This document shows, one piece after another, positions 8,251 to 17,425 of a stretch of DNA of 52,762 bases (positions within the stretch are counted from its first letter, which is position 1; the number at the start of each line of letters is the position of its first letter). Location of the stretch: assembly GCA_902801825.1 (NCBI GenBank), contig CADCJS010000003.1:1-52762 (forward strand), in the 5' to 3' direction. Position numbers and translations under genes: made by a program. This stretch comes from an uncultured Erysipelotrichaceae bacterium. GTDB lineage: Bacteria > Bacillota_I > Bacilli_A > RF39 > UBA660. The notes under the pieces were generated by a model. The model did no database searches, was not told where the DNA came from, and saw only the letters and a program-made list of their open reading frames with translations.

Positions 8251-9540
8251 ATGATAGATATTAAATTAATAAGAGAAAATAAAGAATTAGTTAAAGAAAA
8301 CATTAAAAAGAAATTTCAAGATGAAAAAATACCTTTAGTTGATGAAGTAGAAAAATTTGATGAAGAAGCTAGAAATTTACAAGCTGAAGGAGATAATTTA
8401 AAAGCTGAAAAAAATAAAATTAGTAAAGAAATTGGTATTTTTATGCAACAAGGTAATAAAGATGCTGCAAATGAAGCAAAACAAAAAGTATTAGAGTTAA
8501 ATAAAAGAATTACAGAAATAGATGATAGATTACCAAAAATACTAGAAGAAATAAAAAGTAGAATGATGAGAATACCAAACATAATTGATTCAACTGTACC
8601 TATTGGAAAAGATGATAGTGAAAACGTTGAAATTAAAAGATTTGGTGAAGCAAAAGTACCAAATTATGAAATACCTTATAATGCAGATATATTAGAGAGT
8701 ATAAATGGTTTAGATAAAGAATCAGCAGGTAGAACAAGTGGTAATGGTTTTTATTATTTAATGGGAGATGCTGCAAGACTAGTAACAGCTATGATTAACT
8801 ATGCAAGAGATTACATGATTGATAAAAATTTTATTTACTGTATACCTCCATTTATGATAAGAAGTGATGTTGTAAATGGTGTTATGTCTTTTGATGAAAT
8901 GGAAGCAATGATGTATAAAATTGAAGGAGAAGACTTATATTTGATTGGTACATCAGAACATTCTATGATAGGTAAATTTAAAGGACAAATTCTTAAAAAA
9001 GAAGAATTACCAATTACTATGACAAGTTATTCACCATGTTTTAGAAAAGAAGTTGGTGCTCATGGTATAGAAGAAAGAGGTATATATAGAGTACATCAAT
9101 TTGAAAAGCAAGAAATGATTGTAATATGTGAACCTGAAGAATCTATGGATTGGTATGAAAAAATGTGGAGATATACAGTAGAAATATTTAGAAATTTAAA
9201 TATACCAGTAAGACAACTTGAATGTTGTTCTGGAGATCTTGCAGATTTAAAAGTTAAATCATGTGATGTTGAAGCATGGAGTCCTAGACAACAAACATTC
9301 TTTGAAGTAGGATCTTGTTCAAATCTTGGTGATGCTCAATCAAGAAGATTAGGTATTAGAGTTAAAGGAGAAAATGGTAATTATTATCCACATACTTTAA
9401 ATAATACTGTATTAGCTTCTACTAGAGCGTTAATTGCATTTTTAGAAAATAACTTACAAGAAGATGGAAGTATAAATATTCCAGAAGTATTAAGACCATA
9501 TATGGGTGGTAAAGAAAAAATAGAACCAAAAGAGAAATAG
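8251..9540 (+). CDS. serS: Seryl-tRNA synthetase
   Basis: N-terminal coiled-coil arm MIDIKLIREN..., class II motifs (FRKE, RVHQFEK, GSCSN). SD AAGGAG before ATG 8251. Confidence 0.92.
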   Translation: MIDIKLIRENKELVKENIKKKFQDEKIPLVDEVEKFDEEARNLQAEGDNLKAEKNKISKEIGIFMQQGNKDAANEAKQKVLELNKRITEIDDRLPKILEEIKSRMMRIPNIIDSTVPIGKDDSENVEIKRFGEAKVPNYEIPYNADILESINGLDKESAGRTSGNGFYYLMGDAARLVTAMINYARDYMIDKNFIYCIPPFMIRSDVVNGVMSFDEMEAMMYKIEGEDLYLIGTSEHSMIGKFKGQILKKEELPITMTSYSPCFRKEVGAHGIEERGIYRVHQFEKQEMIVICEPEESMDWYEKMWRYTVEIFRNLNIPVRQLECCSGDLADLKVKSCDVEAWSPRQQTFFEVGSCSNLGDAQSRRLGIRVKGENGNYYPHTLNNTVLASTRALIAFLENNLQEDGSINIPEVLRPYMGGKEKIEPKEK

Positions 9541-9559
9541 AATTATTTCTTTTTTTTTA
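9533..9559 (+). terminator. Intrinsic terminator overlapping the serS stop codon
   Basis: Stem AGAAATA/TATTTCT with a 4-nt loop and an 8-T run. TGGTATAAT follows at 9560-9568. Confidence 0.7.
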
Positions 9560-9584
9560 TGGTATAATTATCTTGGTGATAGAT

Positions 9585-11204
9585 ATGATATTTAGTATTT
9601 TATTTTCATTATTCTTTTGTTTATTCATTATAAAAGATTTATTAATTGATAAAAAAAATAATAATAAAACTAATTATCTAAAATATGCTATTTCATTTCT
9701 GTTAATATTTTTTTGTATTTTTATTAGAAGTTATAAATTTACAAAAGTACCAATTCCAATTAATTTTGATGAGTCATCAATTGGTTATGAAGCGTATTCA
9801 TTATTAAAATATAATATTGATAGAAATGGTATTAGTTTTCCAGTACATTTAATATCTTGGGGTAGTGGTCAAAATGTATTATATGCATATTTATCAATTC
9901 CATTTATATATTTATTTGGTAATAGTGTTTTTTCAATAAGATTATTGATGCTAATTATTTCTAGTTTTTCATGTATAATAATGTATTATTTATTAAAGGA
10001 TATATTTAAAGATAAATATTTATTTTTATTTTTTATTTTTTCTATAATGCCTTGGCATATAATGAAAAGTAGATGGGCACTTGAATCTAATATTTTTCCA
10101 GATATTATTTTACTAATTTTATTTTTATATAATAAATTTTTTAAAAGTAATAATATAAAGTTTTTATATGTAATATCTATTTTATTAGGTATTTCTACAT
10201 ATTCTTATGGTACAAGTTATATTTTTATACCATTATTTTTAATTTTAAATTTATTATATTTATTAAAAAATAAATTAATTAATAAAAAACAATCGGTTAT
10301 ATGCTTTTTAATAACAACTTTTATAAGTTTTCCAATGATTTTATTTACAATTATAAATTATTTTAATATGAAAGAATTGCATATTTTTAATATTACAATT
10401 CCTAAATTGCATTATAATAGATTTGAAACTGTAACAGTTATTAAAGATAATAATATAGTCAAATCATTATTATTAAATTTTAAAAGTAATATAATTCTTA
10501 TATTACAAAATGATGATTATAGATTATTAAATGTTATTAAACCATACTATACACTTTATTATATATCAGTACCATTTATATTTATTGGTTTATACTATTT
10601 ATTTAAAAATAAAAATAATTATAAATTATATAATATATTTATAAATAATATTTTATCTAGTATAGTTGTTATGATGTTTGTTACTAAATCAATTCATAGA
10701 ATTAATTGTATATGGTATGTTTTAATAATAATAGTTTTAATTGGAATATATAATTCTTGTAAAGATAAATCATATTTAATAACTATATCATTTATTTATT
10801 TTGTTTTTTTCTTATGCTTCTATAATTCTTATTTGAAAAATTATAATAAAAAATTAAGAATCTTAAATAATAATGGATATTATGAATGTTTGAATTATAT
10901 TAAGAATAAAAATATTAAATATGAAAAATTAATTATTTCTGATACATTAAATTTGCCTTATATAACTTATTTATATGTAAATAAGATAAATACTAATTAT
11001 TTTATAACAAATAGAAAAATAGAGAAAGAAAATGTAGAATTTGAAAATGTAATCCAAATAGGAAATGTTTATTTTAAAGAACCAAAAGAAATAAAAGAAA
11101 ATAATGTTTATATATTAACAAAATATAGAACAGAAACATTAAAAATAAAGAATAAAAAATGTTATAAAAATTATTGTGTAGTATTTAAAGAAAATCATTT
11201 TTGA
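9585..11204 (+). CDS. Polytopic membrane glycosyltransferase, GT39/GT83 (PMT/ArnT)-like
   Basis: More than 10 predicted TM segments. First extracytoplasmic loop has an FDE motif (NFDESSIGYEAYSLL), typical of the PMT_2 family. SD GGTGAT 5 nt before ATG 9585. Stop codon is TGA. Confidence 0.55.
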   Translation: MIFSILFSLFFCLFIIKDLLIDKKNNNKTNYLKYAISFLLIFFCIFIRSYKFTKVPIPINFDESSIGYEAYSLLKYNIDRNGISFPVHLISWGSGQNVLYAYLSIPFIYLFGNSVFSIRLLMLIISSFSCIIMYYLLKDIFKDKYLFLFFIFSIMPWHIMKSRWALESNIFPDIILLILFLYNKFFKSNNIKFLYVISILLGISTYSYGTSYIFIPLFLILNLLYLLKNKLINKKQSVICFLITTFISFPMILFTIINYFNMKELHIFNITIPKLHYNRFETVTVIKDNNIVKSLLLNFKSNIILILQNDDYRLLNVIKPYYTLYYISVPFIFIGLYYLFKNKNNYKLYNIFINNILSSIVVMMFVTKSIHRINCIWYVLIIIVLIGIYNSCKDKSYLITISFIYFVFFLCFYNSYLKNYNKKLRILNNNGYYECLNYIKNKNIKYEKLIISDTLNLPYITYLYVNKINTNYFITNRKIEKENVEFENVIQIGNVYFKEPKEIKENNVYILTKYRTETLKIKNKKCYKNYCVVFKENHF

Positions 11205-11300
11205 TTTTCTTTTTACATTCATTTACAATTTAGGTATAAATATCTATTGACTATATAAATAATATTTGTTATTATAACAATAAGAATAGGAGATATATTT

Positions 11301-12770
11301 ATGAAGTTATTAAAAAGATTATTTTTATTTATTATGGTATTAGGTTTTGCGATTAAACCAGTACTAGCAGTTACTTATCATTTTTATCAAAATTTTTATA
11401 CTGGTCAAACTATAGAAGATTTAAATGTAGGTGATGTTGTAAAACCTTCAGATGTTTTTAATTTTAAAAACTGGAGAACAAATGCTGACCTAGCAACATC
11501 ATTAACAATTAATTATTTTGAAGAAGAAGCAGATGAAGCTTTTACTTATGTAGATAACTATGATGATACTTTACCTACGTATACAACTAATGTTTATTCA
11601 GATACTGTAAATGATTTTTCTACTAATTGGGAAGAGATGAATGAACATAATTTTACAATTAAAACTATTGATGAAACAGGTTTAAATATTGCTTCAAGTA
11701 AAGATGGGATACCATTTTATGGATGGAAAGTAGCATATTTAAAACCTTCACAATATCATAGTGCAGCTTCTTTCATTAATTTAGTACCAGAATATTCTAT
11801 TGAACATAGTATAGTTAAACATCCAACTAAAAATGAACCTTCAATTGAAGTTACTAATAGTAACTTAGTTTCAAATTATTATTTTGCACAATTTGATAAA
11901 TATGATGGTTTGAAAAATTTTGATTTTGATAATAGTACAACTTATCCTAATTCAATGGTTAATACAGATACTTTTAGAGATTTACCTGAGAATATAACAA
12001 CAACAAGAAATTCTATAAAGATTAATTCTATTGTATCTAATGATTCTGAATTATCTTCTAAGATTGGTTTAGTAGGATATTTTGAAATCGAAGATGATAA
12101 TAATGTTTCAATAAACATTAATAACGCTTCAAGTTACAATGCTTTAAGAAATGTTTATATTTCAATATATGATGTATCAAAAGAAGTAAGTGATAAGTCT
12201 TTATATGATCAAGAAGTGGAAAATGGATTCTATGGTGCGCCTGAAGAATTAATAAATAAGATGAAAAACACAATGACTTCTTCCCCAATATATGAATCAT
12301 ATGAATATAATTCAACATATAATTTAAAATCTTTAAATTTAAAAAATGGACTTTATAAAATTTATTTCAATTTTAGGAATGAATATATAACAGAAGATGA
12401 TTTAAATAATGAAGAATATGATATTAATGATTATATTACAGAAATATCATTTAATAATTTTGAAGTATTTAGTATGAATAATTTTGAATGGTTAAACAAA
12501 GATAATAGTGAAGATTCTTCTTCAAATATACTTGCTTCTAAGTTTATGAGTTCAAATAAATCTTATATAGCACAAGCTAAATATTCAGATAATTATATTT
12601 TAACAAGTAAAACATTTGGTGCAGAATCAAAATCTATTGTTGAAACAGCTATAGAAGCAGTTTCTAATACAATAGTAAAAGCTGGTGATAATATAACATT
12701 AGTTCTTCTAATTTTAGCATCAGTAACAACAATGTTATTTATATTTAAAAGAAAAATTAAAAAGTGTTAA
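11301..12770 (+). CDS. Secreted or surface protein with signal peptide and C-terminal TM anchor; function unknown
   Basis: N-terminal signal-like MKLLKRLFLFIMVLGFAIKPVLA. C-terminal hydrophobic stretch plus KRKIKKC tail. No canonical LPXTG motif. Confidence 0.6.
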   Translation: MKLLKRLFLFIMVLGFAIKPVLAVTYHFYQNFYTGQTIEDLNVGDVVKPSDVFNFKNWRTNADLATSLTINYFEEEADEAFTYVDNYDDTLPTYTTNVYSDTVNDFSTNWEEMNEHNFTIKTIDETGLNIASSKDGIPFYGWKVAYLKPSQYHSAASFINLVPEYSIEHSIVKHPTKNEPSIEVTNSNLVSNYYFAQFDKYDGLKNFDFDNSTTYPNSMVNTDTFRDLPENITTTRNSIKINSIVSNDSELSSKIGLVGYFEIEDDNNVSININNASSYNALRNVYISIYDVSKEVSDKSLYDQEVENGFYGAPEELINKMKNTMTSSPIYESYEYNSTYNLKSLNLKNGLYKIYFNFRNEYITEDDLNNEEYDINDYITEISFNNFEVFSMNNFEWLNKDNSEDSSSNILASKFMSSNKSYIAQAKYSDNYILTSKTFGAESKSIVETAIEAVSNTIVKAGDNITLVLLILASVTTMLFIFKRKIKKC

Positions 12771-12803
12771 ACACTTTTTTTTCTTTATGTTTTTCTTTTT
12801 AAA

Positions 12804-12812
12804 TGTTATAAT
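12804..12812 (+). promoter_or_regulatory. Extended -10 promoter TGTTATAAT for the Cys-cluster gene pair
   Basis: TGnTATAAT 15 nt upstream of ATG 12828, with a TGTGAT SD-like element in between. Confidence 0.45.
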
Positions 12813-12827
12813 ATATTTGTGATAAGT

Positions 12828-13403
12828 ATGAAATATGAAATAGAATTAAATAATAAAAATTATAAAAAACATATTCATAAAATAAAAAAATATATTAAAT
12901 TATGTGATAAAAATAATTATATGTTTAAAGTTAAATATTCAAAAGATTTAAAGAATGAATATATTGATAATTTTAAATTATTAGAAAAAACTATTAATAT
13001 TAAAAATATTGAAAAAAGATATAGTTTTATTTATGACTATGTATGTAATTATTTAGATAAAGAATATATTGAAAAAAATATTTGTGATTTTAAAAATGAT
13101 GTTTGTATTTATTTTAGAAGTCTTAAAGAATATGATCATAAGAATGGATGTTGTTATAGTGATAAAAGAGGTGGTTTATGTGAAAACTTAGATAAAGATC
13201 ACTGTAAAATCACTTCTATTTCTTGTAAACTATATTCATGCCCTATATTAAGAGAAAAAAAGATAAACTATAAAATAAATAATATTCTTTTATTAAAATA
13301 CTTTTTTACTATCAAACAAAAATTTATTATTAAATATAGTTTTTTTAAACCTAAAAGTTATGTTATGTATAAATTAATGGAGTGCAATAATGATAAAAAA
13401 TAA
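12828..13403 (+). CDS. Cys-cluster protein of unknown family, paralog A
   Basis: Full-length similarity to the next ORF. Shared motifs: YIKLCDK, C(D/E)F(K/E)ND(V/I)CI, HKNGCC, CKL(Y/F)xC, YFFTxKQK. Confidence 0.65.
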   Translation: MKYEIELNNKNYKKHIHKIKKYIKLCDKNNYMFKVKYSKDLKNEYIDNFKLLEKTINIKNIEKRYSFIYDYVCNYLDKEYIEKNICDFKNDVCIYFRSLKEYDHKNGCCYSDKRGGLCENLDKDHCKITSISCKLYSCPILREKKINYKINNILLLKYFFTIKQKFIIKYSFFKPKSYVMYKLMECNNDKK

Positions 13404-13956
13404 TACTTTAATTATTAATATAAATAATGATAATTATAATAAAATAATTAAAAAAACAAGAAGATACATTAAATTATGTGATAAGAAAAATTTAAAATTT
13501 AAATATGAAACTGATCTTAACAATGAAGAATTAAAGGATATTGAAAAAGCAATTAATATAAAAGATAAAAAAGAAAGAATAGAATTTATTTATGATAAAA
13601 TATGTTTAGATTTAGATAAAAAAATAAATACAAATTATTGTGAATTTGAAAATGATATTTGTATTAAATATAGATATAAAAATTCAAATCATAAAAATGG
13701 ATGTTGTGAATGCAAAGGAAGAGGTAAATGTAAATACCTAATTGGTAGTACATGTACTATGAAAACTTGTATGGCATGTAAATTATTTACTTGTAAAACA
13801 TTAAGAAAAAAAGGGATAAAACATAATATTAATGATTATATAATTGGCAAATATTTTTTTACTAGAAAACAAAAAGATATACTTAGATATTCTTTTTGGA
13901 CTCCTAAAGAAATAGTTATTGATAGATTATTAAAAAATGAATATGTAAAGCCATAA
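13390..13956 (+). CDS. Cys-cluster protein of unknown family, paralog B
   Basis: Overlaps paralog A by 14 nt. SD GGAG at 13378-13381. Same conserved Cys pattern as paralog A. Confidence 0.65.
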   Translation: MIKNNTLIININNDNYNKIIKKTRRYIKLCDKKNLKFKYETDLNNEELKDIEKAINIKDKKERIEFIYDKICLDLDKKINTNYCEFENDICIKYRYKNSNHKNGCCECKGRGKCKYLIGSTCTMKTCMACKLFTCKTLRKKGIKHNINDYIIGKYFFTRKQKDILRYSFWTPKEIVIDRLLKNEYVKP

Positions 13957-13969
13957 GGAGAGTTATAGC

Positions 13970-14452
13970 ATGAAAAAAAGAAGTAATTATATTGGATGGG
14001 ATGCTTATTTTATGGGAGTCGAAGAATTATCTGCGAAAAGAAGTAAAGATCCTAATACACAAGTAGGTGCATGTATAGTAAGTAAAGATAAAAAAATATT
14101 ATCAGTTGGTTATAATGGTGCGCCTAATGGATATAATGATGAAATATTACCTTGGGATAGAGAAGGTAGTTTTATAGATACAAAATATGCATATGTATGT
14201 CATGCAGAATTAAATGCTATATTAAATAATAAAGGTTCTAATTTAGAAGGTTCAACATTATATGTAGATTTATTTCCTTGTAATGAATGTGCTAAAGCAA
14301 TTATTCAATGTGGTATAAAAGAAATAGTTTATAAAAGTGAAAAATATAAAGGTAGCGATAATAATATAGTATCTAGAAAACTATTAGATGAGTGTAATAT
14401 TAAATATAGAAAATATGAAAAAGAAAATAATCTTGTAGAATTAGATTTATAA
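13970..14452 (+). CDS. comEB: dCMP deaminase (ComEB-like cytidine/deoxycytidylate deaminase)
   Basis: Zinc-binding motifs CHAELNAI and PCNECAKAI. Length is about 160 aa. Confidence 0.85.
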   Translation: MKKRSNYIGWDAYFMGVEELSAKRSKDPNTQVGACIVSKDKKILSVGYNGAPNGYNDEILPWDREGSFIDTKYAYVCHAELNAILNNKGSNLEGSTLYVDLFPCNECAKAIIQCGIKEIVYKSEKYKGSDNNIVSRKLLDECNIKYRKYEKENNLVELDL

Positions 14453-14480
14453 AACTTACTATTAAAAAGTAAGTTTTTTT
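14453..14480 (+). terminator. Intrinsic terminator after the deaminase gene
   Basis: 8-bp stem AACTTACT/AGTAAGTT plus T-run. TGATATAAT follows at 14480-14488. Confidence 0.7.
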
Positions 14481-14507
14481 GATATAATACTTTTTGAGGT
14501 GTTTTTT

Positions 14508-15938
14508 ATGAAAAAAAATATAAAACCTTCTTATGAAAAAGCAAGAAGAAGAACTAAAGAAGAAGTAAAAGTTTTAACAGATAAATATATTATAGATAAT
14601 AATTTAAGTAAACTTGGGTTAAATAAAAAATACTTTATTATTACTTATGGTTGTCAAGCAAATGTTAGAGATAGTGAAACAATAAAAGCTATATTAGAAG
14701 ATATGTCTTTTAAAGAATGTAATGATATGGAACAAGCAAATTTAATATTACTTAATACCTGTGCCATTAGAGAAAATGCACATAATAAAGTATTTGGAAT
14801 GCTTGGTAGAATTAAACATTTAAAAGAAACAAAAGAAGATATAATTACAGTATTATGTGGATGTATGGCTCAAGAAGAATCTGTTGTAAATGAAATTGAA
14901 AACAAATTAAAATGGGTAGATTTAGTATTTGGTACACATAATATATATAATTTACCAAAATTATTAAGTGAAACAATTAATGAAAAGAATCAAGTTATTG
15001 AAGTATTATCTAAAGAAGGAGATATAATTGAGAACTTACCTGTAAAAAGAGATAATAAATATAAAGCTTTTGTTAATATTATGTATGGATGTGATAAGTT
15101 TTGTACTTATTGTATAGTACCATATACTAGAGGAAAACAAAGAAGTAGAAAAATAGAATATATTTTAGAAGAAGTAAAAGATTTAATAAAACAAGGTTAT
15201 AAAGAAGTAACTTTATTAGGTCAAAATGTTAATGCTTATGGTAAAGATATTGATAATTATTATTCAATGGCTGAATTACTAAATGAAGTAGCAAAAACAG
15301 GTATTGAAAGAATTAGATTTGTAACATCTCATCCTTGGGATTTTACAGATGAAATGATTGATGTTATTTCAAAGAATGATAATATTATGCCATATTTTCA
15401 TTTGCCAGTACAAAGTGGATCAAATAAAATATTAAAATTAATGGGTAGAAGATATACAAAAGAAAGCTATTTAGATTTATTTAATCGTATAAAAAACAAA
15501 ATACCTAATGCTTCAATAACAACAGATATAATTGTAGGTTTCCCTGGAGAAACAGAAGAAGATTTTAAAGAAACATTAGATATAGTAGAAAAATGTAAAT
15601 ATGATGGTGCTTATACATTTATTTATTCACCAAGGGAAAACACTCCTGCTTCAAAAATGGAAGATAATGTAACTATAGAAGAAAAAGAAAAAAGATTAAA
15701 ACAATTAAATGAACTAGTAAATTCTTTTTATAAAGAAAATAATGATAAACTATTAAATAAAGTTGTTAAAGTACTAGTTGAGGGTATATCTGAAAAAGAT
15801 AATAATATATGTTGTGGTTATACAGATACTAATAAATTAGTAAATGTAAAATGTTCAAAAGATAATATTGGAAAAATAATAGATGTAAAAATAACAGAAG
15901 CTAAAACTTGGAGTTTAGACGGTGTAATAAATGAATGA
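14508..15938 (+). CDS. miaB: tRNA-2-methylthio-N6-dimethylallyladenosine synthase (radical SAM methylthiotransferase)
   Basis: N-terminal UPF0004 cysteines (YGCQAN, NTCAIRE, GCMAQ). Radical SAM CDKFCTYCIVP. C-terminal TRAM domain. SD GAGGTG before ATG 14508. Confidence 0.88.
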   Translation: MKKNIKPSYEKARRRTKEEVKVLTDKYIIDNNLSKLGLNKKYFIITYGCQANVRDSETIKAILEDMSFKECNDMEQANLILLNTCAIRENAHNKVFGMLGRIKHLKETKEDIITVLCGCMAQEESVVNEIENKLKWVDLVFGTHNIYNLPKLLSETINEKNQVIEVLSKEGDIIENLPVKRDNKYKAFVNIMYGCDKFCTYCIVPYTRGKQRSRKIEYILEEVKDLIKQGYKEVTLLGQNVNAYGKDIDNYYSMAELLNEVAKTGIERIRFVTSHPWDFTDEMIDVISKNDNIMPYFHLPVQSGSNKILKLMGRRYTKESYLDLFNRIKNKIPNASITTDIIVGFPGETEEDFKETLDIVEKCKYDGAYTFIYSPRENTPASKMEDNVTIEEKEKRLKQLNELVNSFYKENNDKLLNKVVKVLVEGISEKDNNICCGYTDTNKLVNVKCSKDNIGKIIDVKITEAKTWSLDGVINE

Positions 15939-16266
15939 TATCTTAAAAGAAGTTGAATCATTGAAAGATTTAATAATATTATCAGATGAATATAAAAATT
16001 ATGATAAATATTTAAAAAAAATAAAAAATAATAAAACAATAAATTTATTAATAAATAAAATAAAAAAAACACAAAAAGATTTATTGAAAAACGAAATAAA
16101 AAATATTGATAATACATTATTAGAAAAACAAATAGATGAATACTATAATGAATTATATTTAGAAGAAGATTATCTTAAATATATACATGCTTCCAAAGAA
16201 TTAAATGATTTATTAACAATATTAAAAATGAATTTTGAAAACTATTTTAATAGTTTAATAGAATAA
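15931..16266 (+). CDS. YlbF/YmcA (RicA-like) family protein
   Basis: All-helical 111-aa protein overlapping the miaB stop by 8 nt. The miaB(ymcB)-ymcA adjacency is known from Bacillus subtilis. Sequence pattern fits Com_YlbF. Confidence 0.55.
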   Translation: MNDILKEVESLKDLIILSDEYKNYDKYLKKIKNNKTINLLINKIKKTQKDLLKNEIKNIDNTLLEKQIDEYYNELYLEEDYLKYIHASKELNDLLTILKMNFENYFNSLIE

Positions 16267-16278
16267 GGGGGAGTTAAT

Positions 16279-17217
16279 ATGTTAAAAATATACAAAACTT
16301 CTAAAAGTGAAATAATTAAATCAAAAAATATTCATAAAGATTGTTGGATTGATTTAACTATGCCTACAGAAGAAGAAATAAATAGAGTTGTAAAAGCAAC
16401 TAAAATAGATAAAGATTTAATAATAAAAATGCTAGATGAAGAAGAAAGACCTAGAATAGAAATAAGTAATAATGATACATTAATAGTAATAGATATACCA
16501 TTTCTTGAATTAAATAATGGGACTTATGAATTTATTACTTATCCACTTGGTATAATTATTTCAAAAAACAATTATTTAATTACTGTATCTTTAAAAAAAT
16601 TAAAACTATTAAATGATTTTAAACATAATAGAATAAAAGATTTTAAACCAGGTAAAAAAACTAGATTCTTAATTCAAATACTATTAAAAACTGCATCAAT
16701 GTATCAAAAAGCATTAAAAGGAATAAATAAAAATATCGAGAATAAAGAAGAAGTGTTAAAAAAATCTACTAAAAATAAAGATTTAATAGATTTATTAGAA
16801 ACTGAAAAAACATTAGTATATTTTATAACAAGTTTAAAAGCTAATGACTTAGTTTTAGAAAAATTAAATAAAGGTGTAGTTTTAAAATTATTTGAAGAAG
16901 ACTATGATTTATTAGAAGATGCAATTATTGAAAATAAACAAGCTATTGAAATGAGTGAAATTTATAGAAATATTTTATCTTCAATTACAGATACTTATGC
17001 AACTATAGTATCAAATAACATGAATAATGCAATGAAGTTTTTAGCAGGTATGACTATTATCTTATCTGTACCAACAATTATTTCATCATTTTTAGGTATG
17101 AATATTCCATTTCCTCACTTAGCTCATTTAAATAGTGCATATATAATTTTATTGATTGTTTCTATAGTTATATCTATATTAACAGCTATAATTTTAAAAA
17201 TAAAAGATATGCTTTAA
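16279..17217 (+). CDS. corA: CorA-family magnesium/cobalt transporter
   Basis: Two C-terminal TM helices with the signature GMN motif (FLGMNIPFP). Confidence 0.85.
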   Translation: MLKIYKTSKSEIIKSKNIHKDCWIDLTMPTEEEINRVVKATKIDKDLIIKMLDEEERPRIEISNNDTLIVIDIPFLELNNGTYEFITYPLGIIISKNNYLITVSLKKLKLLNDFKHNRIKDFKPGKKTRFLIQILLKTASMYQKALKGINKNIENKEEVLKKSTKNKDLIDLLETEKTLVYFITSLKANDLVLEKLNKGVVLKLFEEDYDLLEDAIIENKQAIEMSEIYRNILSSITDTYATIVSNNMNNAMKFLAGMTIILSVPTIISSFLGMNIPFPHLAHLNSAYIILLIVSIVISILTAIILKIKDML

Positions 17218-17233
17218 AAAAATAATTTTTCTG

Positions 17234-17262
17234 CTTGACAAACAATTATCTAAATGATATTA
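17234..17262 (+). promoter_or_regulatory. Sigma-A type promoter for tRNA-Asn
   Basis: TTGACA at 17234-17239, 17-nt spacer, TATTAT at 17257-17262 preceded by TGa. Confidence 0.55.
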
Positions 17263-17284
17263 TTGATATGTCAGCAAAAGTTAT

Positions 17285-17360
17285 GCTCGATTAGCTCAGT
17301 CGGTAGAGCGGATGACTGTTAATCATTAGGTCGTAGGTTCGAGTCCTACATCGAGCGCCA
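17285..17360 (+). tRNA. tRNA-Asn (GTT), CCA encoded
   Basis: Acceptor GCTCGAT/ATCGAGC. Anticodon loop CTGTTAA. T-arm GTAGGTTCGAGTCCTAC. Length 76 nt. Confidence 0.9.
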
Positions 17361-17374
17361 CTTATTGACATATT

Positions 17375-17399
17375 AAGAACTTTTATAGTTCTTTTTTTT
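17375..17399 (+). terminator. Intrinsic terminator after tRNA-Asn
   Basis: Stem AAGAAC/GTTCTT plus T-run. Confidence 0.6.
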
Positions 17400-17425
17400 G
17401 CGTTTTCAAAAAAAAGGGAGGTATT

